DNA of 64,000 bases from Squalus acanthias (Eukaryota), in contig CM059433.1 of NCBI GenBank assembly GCA_030390025.1, positions 31,870,001 to 31,934,000 on the forward strand, in the 5' to 3' direction. The translations under genes and the position numbers were made by a program. The first letter of the stretch is position 1. Each line of letters opens with the position of its first letter. Positions 22,717 to 35,074 of this stretch are shown here, piece by piece. The notes below the pieces were generated by a model that saw only the letters and a program-made list of their open reading frames with translations, did no database searches and was not told where the DNA came from.

Positions 22717-24384
22717 CCTCCCGCCCAACTCTGGTTTGAGACAGCAGAATTCCCCCCCTCCAAAATATGTCTGAGACCTGGCGTAACCTGGCCAAACTGG
22801 GTTTCCTCTCATTTTTGGGGTGCTGCGCCAGTGCGTGTATATTATAAATATTTATAAAATCTGTGAATAATAATGTGTCTATTGCATTAAAAAAAATACT
22901 TTTTGTTCCAATGGTGGGTCAATTAAAACTACTAGAAGTTCCCTTGTTAAGTGTGCTAAGGCTACCTGGCACCTAACAACAGAGTGAAGTGTGAGTGGGC
23001 TGTAGGCAGTTGCAGTTTCAAAAAGAAAATGTTCTTTTTCTTCTTGCTTTGTCAAATAATAAATAACATGCTTAAGCAATGTCACGGCCACGTTGTGACA
23101 AATATGAGGCTGAGATGATAACTCACAAGCAATGAAGTTGCAAGTGAGTTACGTTTAACCTCAGGAGTGGAGTTATCTATCACGTCTTGCTGTTGTTCAT
23201 GATTATTTAGGACACACACTTAGGATATAACAAATGCTTCTGTGGCATTGCAAGTGTTGAGATATGCAATCCCAGGGCATACGTGTGTGTATATATGAAC
23301 CAGTTTAATTGACATGTTTAATAGCATCATGTGAGGCCCACTTGGCCTGTTAACACTAGCATTCTGGACAGTAAGAGACAGAATAAAAAGTAAAGTGATT
23401 ATATAGTCTGTATGCATGAGTAAGGGAGTTCTGAAATGAGCCAACAGAAATAGTGCACAATATTAAGATGTTTATTTCAGGGTAAGACGCAGGTGTGTAG
23501 CAGTTAAATTGTTTCAGAATATCCACCTATTGGATCCAGAAGTCTTCTGTCAGGGAGATTATTTAACGTGTTACTTTACTAGTGACAGTCACAAATACAT
23601 CTTCCACAAATTTGCCAGTCATGTCCACCAGTTTAAATAGCGCAATAATGCTTCAGATAAGTATGCTCTAAGACACTTACTTCTAGAAAATCACACAAAA
23701 ATGCTTTGTTGCCGTAGCAACTACTTTGTTACAGTACGCCCTCTGTTTATAGGTGCCCATTTGAACGGATAACTGTTTCACTGAGGCAAAATGTAACTCA
23801 GAAGCATTGCTCTTTTAATGTGTCCTCACAAATAATTTTGACTTTGTGAAAATTTATGCATACACATGGCAAAAACCAGCTTTTCATAAATAAAGATTTG
23901 CTACAAATTAATGTCATGACCAACTATGAACTCAAATACACTATTTCAAGTTAACTGGCGCAGGTCTTTGGTCACATTGCCCTGCCTTTTGGCAGCTGTT
24001 CTCCAGATGTTAGTTCTATGGGAAGGGCATGAAAGCTGCCCTAATGCAATGTGTTACAAGGCTGACATAGCTATCTGCTAAAATGTCTTATAGCTCAAGG
24101 CATAATAGCATGCAAGAGATGTATGATTTGGATGAGAGTGGCTGCAGCAGAAGTAACCTGATTTCCAGAAAAGCACCTGGAGGGATTAAGCTATGCAACA
24201 AATCATTCCCCTGGAGCAAAATAAGTAAGTAAAAAAAATACTTGAGAATATTACTGAGAACTAACACAAGAGGAAATAACTATGTCAAGTAAGCAGATGT
24301 AAGTTGGTAAGCTGCTGTTACTTTTCTTTCATTGTTTATATATTGTTTTCTTTTCCGAGTGTTACTATTTTTTTTACGTGTTAG

Positions 24385-24465
24385 CTTCTACTGTCCGAAC
24401 TGCACAGCTTTCAACACCATCCTACTCCATGGAAGATCTACAGAATTGTTCTTTCGTGGGTACAG
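24385..24465 (+). CDS. candidate 81-nt symmetric host exon (all three frames open)
   Basis: long pyrimidine tract + ttAG, donor CAG|GTGTGA; phase 1 reads STVRTAQLSTPSYSMEDLQNCSFVGT, phase 0 reads LLLSELHSFQHHPTPWKIYRIVLSWVQ. Confidence 0.55.
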
Positions 24466-24812
24466 GTGTGATCAAACACCATTCCACATAGTTTCATTTC
24501 ATTCACATGATCTGTATTCCATGCACTAGTTAGAAGGTTAGAGTGGATTAGAGGACTAGCTAGAAATCCCCACACTAAACTGCACATAATATTCTGTTAC
24601 ACAGAAGTGGAGCAAGAACCTCTGGAGAATCGAGCATGACTAGCAAAAAAAAAATTGTTTGTGACTTTTTTTAAATGGTGTAGTAAGGTGTTTTACACGA
24701 GCACGTTAACCACTGTGCTAAAAATAGTGTTCAGCGGGATTTCAAACTCCTGGCGCATCCAGACCTTTCGAGTCAACTGTAGCTTCAAGTTACAGTTCAA
24801 CTGCAACTGTAA

Positions 24813-25262
24813 GTGTCAGCTGTGGCTCAGTTGGTAGCATACTCGTCTCTGAGTCAGAAGGTTGTGGGTTCAAGAGACTTGCGCACATAAAGCTAGGCAG
24901 ACACTCCAGTGAAATACTGAGGGAGTGCTACACTGTCGGAGGTGCTGTCTTTTGGATGAGACGTTAAACCGAGGCCCCATCTGCTCTCTCAGGTGGACAT
25001 AAAAATCCCATGGCACTATTTTGAAGAAGAGCAGGGGAGTTATCCCTGGTGTCCTGGCCAATATTTATCCCTCAACCAACATAACAAAAACAGATTATCT
25101 GGTCATTATCACATTGCTGTTTGTGGGACTTTGCTGTACGCAAATTGACTGTCGCGTTTCCCACATTACAACAGTGACTCCACTTCAAATAGTACTTCAT
25201 TGGCTGTAAAGCGCTTTGAGACGTCCGGTGGTCGTGAAAGGCGCTATATAAATGCAAGTCTT
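24813..25262 (+). mobile_element. DeuSINE (SacSINE1-like), near full length
   Basis: tRNA-like head TGGCTCAGTTGG...GGTTCAAG, central domain, tail aaaggcgctatataaatgcaagtc. Confidence 0.9.
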
Positions 25263-25411
25263 TAAGGCAGTGCGCTAGGGTACTAATTTCAACCAGACAG
25301 AGATAAGCTTCTCGTACATCACCACTGATGCATACACTTGATGGAGAGGTACCCATCTAGGTTTTATCTTTCACCTTATTCCGATATAAAACAGAATTAT
25401 CTGGTTTTCAG

Positions 25412-25456
25412 GTGTTACCTCCTCTTTAAAAATGTACCAAACTCACCAGAAGCTGG
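25412..25456 (+). CDS. candidate 45-nt symmetric host exon (phase 1: (G)VTSSLKMYQTHQKL)
   Basis: acceptor ggttttcAG, donor TGG|GTATGT; phases 1 and 2 open, phase 0 closed. Confidence 0.45.
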
Positions 25457-26584
25457 GTATGTGGGACTCCCCCATTTCTTTAATTACTACACTGCAGACA
25501 ATGCCAGGGTATTCCTGCTACTGAGAAATCAATTAGCTTTCACACTGAGCCAGCATAATTGACTGCATCATCGGTTACATATTGGGCCATGATCAAATGG
25601 TTATCATGCTTGACAAATGACCACCTTGACAAACCTCACTCCCATTACGAGAATGATACTGGGGCTAAAAGGGTTAAACTATGAGGACAGGTTGCACAGA
25701 CTAGGCTTGTATTCCCTTGAGTATAGAAGATTAAGAAGCCATCTAGCTTGGTGTTTAAAATGATAAACAGATTTGACAGGGTAGATAAGGAGAAAGTATG
25801 TGAGAAATTAATGGGCCTAAAAGCCGACCAATCCCCTAGATGTGATGGCCTACATCCTAGAGTTTTAAAAGAGGTGGCTGCAGAGATAGTGGATACATTG
25901 GTTTTGATCTTCCAGAATTCGCCAGATTCTAGAATGGTCCCCGTCAATTGGAAGGTAGTAAATGTAACCCTACTGTTCGAGAAAGGAGGGAGAGAGAAAA
26001 CTGGGAATTATAGACCAGTTAGCCTGACATCAGTAGTAGGGAAAATGCTAGAATCTATTATTAGGGATGTGGTGACAGGGCACTTAGAAAATCACAATAT
26101 GATTGGGCAGAGTCAATTCGGTTTTAATAAAGGGAAATAATTTTTGACATATTTATTAGAGTTTTTTAAGGGTGTGACTAGTAGCGTAGATAAGGGGACA
26201 CCAGTGGATGTAGTATATTTGGATTTTCAGAAGGCATTCGATAAGGTGCCACACAAGAGATTGTTACACAAGCTTAGGGCTCATGGGATTGGGAGTAATA
26301 TATTAGCATGGAGTGAGGGTTGGTTAATGGACAGAAAACAGGGAGTAGGAATAAACGGGTCATTTTCAGGGTGGCAGTCTGTAACTAGTGGAGTGCCTCA
26401 AGGATCAGTGCTTGGGCCTCAGCTATTTACAATCTATATTAATGACTTAGCTGAGGGGACCGTGTGTAATGTATCCAATTTGCTGACGATACAAAGCTAG
26501 GTGGAAAGTAAGCTGTGAGGAGGATTCAAAGAGGCTGCAAAGGGACATAGACAGGCTAAGTGATTGGACATGAAGGTGGGAGAT

Positions 26585-28360
26585 TTTTTTAAAATTCATT
26601 TTATGGGATGTGGTCGTCGCTGGCAAGGCCAGCATTTATTGCCCATCCCTAATTGCCCTTGAGAAGGTGGTGGTGAGCCACCTTCTTGAACCGCTGCAGT
26701 CCGTGTGGTGAAGGTACTCCCACAGTGGGAGTTCCTGGATTTTGACCCAGCGATGATGAAGGATCAGCGATATACAGGAAACTCTTTCGTATCCGGCACC
26801 GACAGGACCGGGATGGTGCCGGTTGGTTATTAATTCCGGATAACAGAGAGGTATATCTACCGAGGCTATTTTTAACAAACAAAAATAAAAAAATCAAGAA
26901 ATGTGCAGTATAATTGGGTACTCCCCTACAGAATGTTGTGTTAAATGGATGGTGGAAGATGCTTGATTAAGTACAGTACTGCCAGTTGAGGGTAATCCAT
27001 AACTCTTTAATTACTTAACAGTAAAACAAAACTTATAAGCAACTGTATACTGTAGTTTTCGGAGTATGAATTCTGCCGGTTATTAGAGAATTCCGGATAT
27101 TTAGATGCCATTTAAACGAGAGTTTCCTGTACTTCTAAGTCAGGATGGTTTGTGACTTGGAGGGGAACTTGGAGGTGGTGGTGTTCCCATGTGCCTGCTG
27201 CCCTTGTCCTTCTAGGTGGAAGAGGGCGCGGGTTTGGGACGTGCTGCCGAAGAAGCCTTGGTGTGTTGCTGCAGTGCATCTTGTAGATGGTACACACTGC
27301 AGCCATGGTACACCGGTGGTGGAGGGAGTGAATGGTTAAGGTGGTAGATGGGGTGCCAATCAAGCGGGCTGCTTTGTCCTGGATGGTGTTGAGCTTCGAG
27401 TGTTGTTGGAGCTGCACTCATCCAGGCAAGTGGAGAGTATTCCATCACACTCCTTACTTGTGCCTTGTAGATGGTGGAAAGGCTTTGGAGAGTCAGGAGG
27501 TGAGACACTCGCCGCAGAATACCTAGCCTCTGACCTGCTCTTGTTGCCACAGTATTTATGTGCCTGGTCCAGTTAAGTTTCTGGTCAATGGTGGCCCCCA
27601 GGATGTTGATGGTGGGGGATTCGGCGATGGTAATGCCATTGAATGTCAAGGGGAGGTGGGTAGAGTCTCACTTGTTGGAGATAGTCATTGCCTGGCACTT
27701 CTGTGGCGCGAATGTTACCTGCCATTTATCAGCCCAAGCCTGAATGTCGTCCAGGTCTTGCTGCATGTGGGCATGGACTGCTTCATTATCTGAGGAGTTG
27801 TGAATGGCACTGAACACTGTGCAGTCATCAGCGAACATCCCCATTTCTGACCTTATGTTGGAGGGAAGGTCACTGATGAAGCAGCTGAAGATGGTTGGGC
27901 TTAGGACACTGCCCTGAGGAACTCCTGCAGCAATGTCCTGGGGCTATGATGATTGACCTTCAATCACCACAACCATCTTCCTTTGTGCTGGGTATGACTC
28001 CAGCCAGTGGAGAGTTTTCCCCCCGATTCCCATTGACTTCAGTTTTACTAGGGCTCCTTCATGCCACACTTGGTCAAATGTTGCCTTGATGTCAAGGGCA
28101 GTCACTCTCATCTCACCTCTGGAATTCAGCTCCGTTGTCCAAGGCTGTAATGAGGTTGGGAGCAGAGTGGTCTTGGCGGAAACCAAACTGGGCATCAGTG
28201 AGTAGTTTACAGGTGAGTAAGCGCCGCTTGATAGCACTGTCGATGACACCTTCCATCACTTTGCTGATGATTAAGAGTAGACTGATGGGGCTGTAATTGG
28301 CCGGATTGGATTTGTCCTGCTTTTTGTTGGCAGGACATACCTGGGCAGTTTTCCACATTG
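26585..28360 (-). mobile_element. CR1-group LINE family B, longest copy (includes RT core), nested in CR1
   Basis: ORFs 28113-28358, 27944-28249 (ALDIKATFDQVWH), 27212-27649; T-run (tail) at about 26584-26590. Confidence 0.9.
26775..27129. mobile_element. Tc1/mariner (pogo/Tigger-like) MITE, 355 bp
   Basis: perfect 11-bp TIR CAGGAAACTCT/AGAGTTTCCTG; TA TSD at 26773-26774 and 27130-27131; removal restores LINE sequence cgatatacttctaagt. Confidence 0.9.
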
Positions 28361-29479
28361 GACTAGAATGTGGGGAAGTGATAAATTATCCACTTTGATA
28401 TGAAGAATGAAAAAGCAGAATATTTTTTAAAAGGTAAGAGACTAGTAAATGTTGGTATTCAGAGGGATTTGGGTATTCTTGTACACAAATCACAGAAAGC
28501 TAACATGGAGGTACAGCAAGCAATTAGGAAGCCAAATGGGATGTTCGCCTTTAATGCAAGTCTTACTGCCATTATATAGGGCCTTGGTGAGACCACACCT
28601 GGACTACTGTGTACAGTTTTGGTCTCCTTACCTAAGGAAGAATATACTTGCCTTGAAGGAGGTGCAACAAAGGTTCACTAGAATTGATTCCTAGGATGAA
28701 AGGGCGATCCTATCCGGAGAGATTGAGTAGAATGGGCCTATACTCTCGGAATTAGAAGAAAGAGGTGATCTCATTGAAATGTATAAAATTCTTAAAGGGC
28801 TTTACAGGGTAAATGCTGAGAGATTGTTTCCCCTGGCTGGAGAGTCTAGAACAAGAGAGCATAGTCTCAGGATAAGGTGTTGGCCTTTTTTGACAGAGAT
28901 GAGGAAGAATTTCTTCACTCAGAGGGTTGTGAACCTTTGAAATTCTCTACCTGAAAGGGCTGTGGATGCTGATTCGTTGAGTATATTCAAGGCTGAGATA
29001 GATAGATTTTTGGACTCTAGAGGAATCATGGGATATGGGGATAGGGCAGGAAAGTGGAGTTGAATTTGATAATCAGCTATGATCTTGTTGAGTGGCGGAG
29101 CAGGCTCGAGGGGCTATATGGCCTACTCCTGTTCCTATTTCTTATGTTCTTAATCACCATGACAAGGTTCTGCCAATTGTGCCCATTTGCAGGCCTTGGA
29201 GAAGGCTCTTAAAATTAAGCTGGTTCATTTGGGCGCAAGAACACTAATAGGCACCTTTTAAACGCCTTTGAATATATATATATATTTTTAATTTACTGAG
29301 AAAAACAAACTGACTGCTGTACCCCAATATAACTAGAAAATGGTTCGGTATAGAATTTTAAAGTCATTTTCAGTTATTGAAAATCCAGTTACTCAGAGGT
29401 GGTGGACTAGACACTCTGATTAAAATGCTTATTTTTTGTGATAAACACATTTTCAGCTGTATTAATAAAGCTGCATCAG

Positions 29480-30120
29480 GTTTGCCCTGGCTGGAGAGTC
29501 TAGAACTAGGGGTCATAGTCTCAGGATAAGAAATCGGCCATTAAGGACGGAGATGAGGAGAAATTTCTTCACTCAGAGGGTTGTGAATCTTTGGAATTCT
29601 CTGCCCCAGAGGGCTGTGGATACTCAGTCTATGAGTATATTCAAGACAGAAGTCGATAGATTTTTGGGCACTAAGGGAATCAAGGGATATGGGGATAGGG
29701 CGGGAAAGTGGAGTTGAGGTAGAAGTTCAGCCATGATCTTAGTGAATGGCGGAGCAGACTCGATGGGCTGTATGGCCTACTCCTGCTCCTATTTCTTATG
29801 TTCTTTCCTCTAGTGGTTGAATCAAGAGCAAGGGGGCATAATCTTAAAATTAGAGCTAGGACATTCAGAGGTGAAATCAGGAAGCACTATTTCACATAAA
29901 GGGTCGTGGAAATCTGGAACTCTCTCCCCCAAAAGGCTGTGGATGCTGGGTCAATTGAAAATTTCAAGACTGAGATCAATAGTTTTTTGTTCGGTAAGGG
30001 TATCAAGGGGTATGGCCCAAAGGCGGGTAAATGGGATTGAAGTACAGATCAGCCATGATCTAATTGAATTAGAGAACAGGCTCTAGGGGCTGAATGACCT
30101 CCTCCTGTTCCTAATGTTCC
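29480..30120 (+). mobile_element. two tandem CR1 3' fragments from different subfamilies (about 29480-29804 and 29805-30120)
   Basis: each has the RTRGH/FFTQRVV-coding region, 3' UTR hairpin region and tail. Confidence 0.85.
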
Positions 30121-31029
30121 ACCGGCAGCTCAACACCTCTATATTAGAAATGTTTAACTTACAGAAAACAAAGACATTTAGTTGGATTGAAAATAACCAG
30201 ATGCAGATGTGCTCCCAATATTATTACACAACAGCAATAAATTGGCATTAAGCCAATATATAATCTCTTCTTTTTTAATAAAAAAGAGCGACCGAATAAG
30301 CAAAGGGATCTAAGACTTGAAATTGTACGGTTGGAATCAACACGGGCATAAAATGCAAAAGAGCCAACTTAGCCCTTCTATAAGTGAAGAGGTATTAGAA
30401 ACAGTGACAAACTCAGTCAGATTGTTATCTTATGCTCTTTGAAAACAAATTGAGAGGAAACTGTACACAATCAAATCTCAGGTCTCACCAGTACCAACTA
30501 ATAATATAACAAATATTAGTTCTAGTTATGTAACCTCAAGTGGATTGTGTGGCCCAGAAAATCATCATGAATATGATTTCTTTCTACCCTTGGAACAGGA
30601 ACTAACTGGGACTATTGGGAAACAGCAATCACTAAAATTCCATAACAAGAGAGGTTTCTCTCTCAATTCCACAAGCACCTGATCTATTGATGCTGGACTT
30701 ATTCTGTTGTACAATACAATCACATTGCAATCTTGTAAAGATGGCCACATTGCAATATGTAAACCAAAACTTTTATGAGCCTCCTCTCCTCAATAATCAC
30801 TTTTAAACTATAGGAAGCTAGACAATTGGCTAGATACTGTCCATTGAGTTATTCACTGCGAAGAGACAGGAATTGTCACAGATTGCTGAATAAAATACAC
30901 TGTATATTCTGTGTCAAGTATGCCTTGTCTGTCCTTTAGTGGAGAGAAAAGCATGGGTTAATTGGAAGTTTTTTTTATTAAAGTTAATGTACTGACAGCC
31001 ATAACAAATCAAAACCTATGAAGTTTTAA

Positions 31030-31893
31030 AAAATTTATTAAGTCATGGGATGTGGGTGTCGCTGGCAAAGCCAGCATTTATTGCTTATGTCTAATTGGCC
31101 TTGAGAAGGTGGTGGTGAGCCGCCTTCTTGAACCGCTGCAGTCTGTGTGGTGAAGGTGCTGCAAAAGTGCTGTTAGGGAGGGAGTTCCAGAATTTTGACC
31201 CAGCGACGATGAAGGATCGGCGATATATTTTCAAGTCAAGATGGTGCGTGACTTGGAGGGGAACTTGGAGGTGGTGGTGCTCCCATGCACCTGCTGCCCT
31301 TGTCCTTCTAGGTGGTAGAGATCGCGGGTTTGGGAGGTGCTGTCGAAGAAGCCTTGGCGTGTTGCTGCAGTGCATCTTGTAGATGGTACACACTGCAGCC
31401 ACGGTACGCCGGTGGTGGAGTGAGTGAATGTTTAGGATGATGGATGAGGTGCCGATCAAACGGACTGCTTTGTCCTGGATGGTGTCGAGCTTCTTGAATG
31501 TTATTGGAGCTGCACTCATCCAGGCAAGTGGAGAGTATCCCATCACACTCCTGACTTGTGCCTTGTAAGTAGTGAAAAGGCTTTGAGGAGTCAGGAGGTG
31601 AGACACTCGCTGCAGAATACCCAGCCTCTGACCTGCTCTTGTAGCCACAGTATTTTTGTGGCTGGTCCAGTTAAGTTTTTGGTCAATGGTGGCCCCCAGA
31701 ATGTTGATAGTGGGGGATTCAGCGATGGTAATGCCGTTGAATGTCAAGGGGCAGTGGTTAGACTCTCTCTTGTTGGAGATAGTCATTGCCTGGCACTTGT
31801 GTGGCGTGAATATTACTTGCCACTTATCAGTCCAAGCCTGGATGTTGTCCAGGTCCTGCTGCATGCGAGCACGGACTGTTTCATTATCGGAGG
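31030..31893 (-). mobile_element. CR1-group LINE family B 3' fragment
   Basis: ORF 31091-31864, near-identical to the other family B copies. Confidence 0.9.
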
Positions 31894-31905
31894 AGCAATT
31901 ATATT

Positions 31906-32332
31906 AAGAAAGAACTTGCATTTCATGACCTCAGGACGTCCCAAAGCGCTTTACAGCCAATGAGGTACTTTCTGAAGTGTAGTCACTGTTGTAACATAGG
32001 AAACACGGCAGCCAATTTGCACACAGCAAAGTCCCAGAGACAGCAATGTGATAATGACCAGATAATCTGTTTTAGTAATGTTGGTTGTGGGATAAATATT
32101 TTCTCGGACACCAGGGAGAACACCCCTGCTCTTCTTCAAAATAGTGCAATTGGATCTTTTACATAGACCTGGGAGGGCTGATGGGACATCTCATCTGAAA
32201 GTTGGCATCTCTGACAGTGCAACCCTGCCTCAGTACTGCACTGAAGTGTTAACCCTCTCCGGAGTGGGACTTGAACCCACAACCTTCTGGGTCAAAGACA
32301 AGAGCACTTCCACTGTGCCAAGCCTAACACCT
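31906..32332 (-). mobile_element. DeuSINE, internally deleted
   Basis: tail, core and B-box (ggacttgaaccc) on reverse strand. Confidence 0.82.
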
Positions 32333-33513
32333 ATTACCCTGGACAGGGTCTAACACCATGCAGTTCTAAATAATCACCATAGCCTTCCACCAATGCTACA
32401 TTCATGGCTATCGAGTTTCCTTTCAAATGAATCTATCATCTTCCCACTCCTTTTCCTTAACTCTGGGCTACAAAGACTCTATTCTTTCTCTGACACTGTT
32501 GCGTCTTCATATGTGGCCTCTTCCTCTCACCTTGCAACTCTATCCATTCTTTTGTTGATGGTTCCATTGTAAATTTAACAACTCCTTTCAGATTGCACAG
32601 ACAGTGAGCACAATCTCCAGAACTCATTCAGTGTGATGGAGGAGCCATTATATCTACCCATTTCAATATAATGGAAATCTTAAAATAAAAACAAGAAAAA
32701 GGTAGGAAATTCACGGCCATGCATATCTAAAAAGAGAAAAGACACATTAGCAAAAGACAAGGAGAACCTTTTATAGGACTGAGAAAAATAAAGACGGAAG
32801 GAGAGAACAGCTCAAGGTCAAGAACAGTTATGTTAAGTATTGATAGAAAGATCGCTGGTGGGATGTAATACATTGCGGAGAGTGCTGCATGATACACATA
32901 GGTCAGTCAAGCTGTGAAAAGGCACTGAAAAGACAAAGAAAGCAAACAAATGGACAAATGTTGCAACTGTTATAGAGAATGCCTGAAGAAGAGTTACAGT
33001 AAATGGAGGTGATGGAAGAAGACATGAGTGTGTTGCAGCAGCAATGGAACCCACAGCATAACTCAGCACAATTGGGTAGTAAATCAGCAATCTCACTCAA
33101 AGAATGACTGCTGTGGGAAATGGAAAAATTCATACTGGTAGAATAGGAATTTATCTTCTGAAATGTGGCTTAAAATAAATTCATTAAAATTGCAGAAAGA
33201 AGAATTTGATATGAACATATCAAGTATTCACATGATGAATATCACTAAGTCATTGACAGTATTGCACTTGATCTTTCAATAAAGAAATTGTGAGTTAAAA
33301 CTTTCTTATTTGGCAAGAGACCGGTATCATATAATTAAAAGGTGATGTTTAAATTGCTGTAATCAATGTTATCTTTGAAAGACTAGATGGAGAAGATTGA
33401 TGGATATGTCCTTTAGCTTTTAGATACTATTGGAACCCAAGGTAACATGTAAGATATGTTGGTATCTGGGGTAAGATCGAATTCAACAGCTTGAAGAAAA
33501 AGAGCTTTCGCTC

Positions 33514-33760
33514 TTATAAGAACATAAGAAATAGGAGCAGCAGTAGGCCATTTGGCCCTTCGAGCCTGCTCCACCATTCAATAAGATCATGGCTGATCTT
33601 CTACCTCATCTCCACTTTCCAACACTATCCCCATATCCCATGATTCCCTTAGTATCCGAAAATCTATCGGTCTCTGTCTTGAATATATTAACAACTGAGC
33701 ATCCACAGCTCTCTGGGGTAGAGAATTCCAAAGATTCACAACCCTTTGAATGAAGAATTA
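33514..33760 (-). mobile_element. CR1 3' fragment
   Basis: ataagaacataagaaataggagcag tail and 3' UTR in reverse orientation. Confidence 0.85.
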
Positions 33761-35074
33761 CTAGCTAAGCTTAACACCCTCCAATTTCCTGGAGAAAATT
33801 GTGATTTATTTAAATTTTTTGCTTCATATATAAATACACTGGTAACCCACATACATTCTACGTTTATGGCGAAGTGACAGATCTCCATAAGGTTCAGACT
33901 ATGTTGCTGATGTTCCTAAGCTAGTTGGCTGCCAAATTAAAAGGCCCTTTTGCAGGCGTTCCATTGATAAGTGATAAGTGAATCTTTTATGGTTCTCGGG
34001 TAACTTACTTTGAAATGTTAATGTGCGTTCACAGCAGAACTATATTCAATGACTGCTATTAAAACGGAATAAAAGAGAAGCTATCTTACAAATGGAGCTT
34101 ACATGATTGCTGACTAATACAGAATTACAGAATGATGGCTACAATTTTGCAGTTAATAATCCTTTGAACAATATGTAAAATGGACTTAAATAAATATGAA
34201 GGCAAACAGATACGAAGGTAGGTTTTATAAATTTGCATTGCCTGCACAGAGCTGCGCTTACTGGGTATTCCCATCGGGAATTCAGGCACAGAGATTAGTT
34301 AGTTCCATTAGATTGTGTGGGATCAAAGCCCCGTAAATTGTTCGAAGGATACCTTTGAGATTCGTTGGGGAAATTCCCTGTAAACTGCCAGAAATGTGCG
34401 AAAATTGAGTTTAGCTTGAAAGCTGTCCAGATAAATTGGAAGTCTGTAGTTGAACTGAATGCTGGGAAATAGCTCTAAAGCAAGGCTTATTCAAACCATC
34501 ACCCAAGCTCTTAGCCATGGATGTTCCCAGATGATTGAGCCATAAAAATCTTCTAAGCTAAAAGCCATGAAGCAGTTAAAGCCACAAAAGGTCCTAAGTA
34601 ATGACTTCAGACAGGCCTTACGGCAATAAAAATGTTGCTGTTCACATTTAGGATAACACTTAGAGAGGATAAACATGTCACATCTTTCCATTTGTGTGGA
34701 ATAAAACTTCAAGAAATCAAGATGGATAAGGAGATGGGCGAAATATATGTGGCAGACACAAAGTCTGTCCACTCCGGGAAAACTATGTTCTGGTGACTCA
34801 GTGACAGTCAGAGGACTCCATATTTTGGATGGAGACCCTTTGTCAAAGCTTTCTAGCACGTGTCACTCGGATTTGCCCATGGAATGTGGGAGACCCCATT
34901 GAAATTAAGTTATAAAAAGGTTTTGTACCACTCACACAATCTGAAGTAATCTTGTCTAGAAGTCAGTAGAGTAGCAAGAACAGAAACTATTGGTCTTTGT
35001 TAGGTGTAGTCTCTTGTAGATGCAGTTTTCTTTGTTAGTCAGAAGATTCTTTGTGCTCTTTAGTCTCCTTTAAA

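Larger units (their letters stand above)
25645..29150 (+). mobile_element. decayed CR1 LINE split by nested insertions (CR1 parts about 25645-26584 and 28360-29150)
   Basis: ORFs 25748-26140, 26144-26500 and 28449-28694; RT sequence resumes after 28360; tail ttcttatgttctt; 25645-25797 is an out-of-order 3' CR1 piece. Confidence 0.9.

Noticed and set aside
24813..24880. tRNA genes at SINE heads (also about 7260-7331, 35480-35551 and 54128-54200)
   Set aside because: A/B boxes run straight into SINE bodies and no complete cloverleaf is evident.
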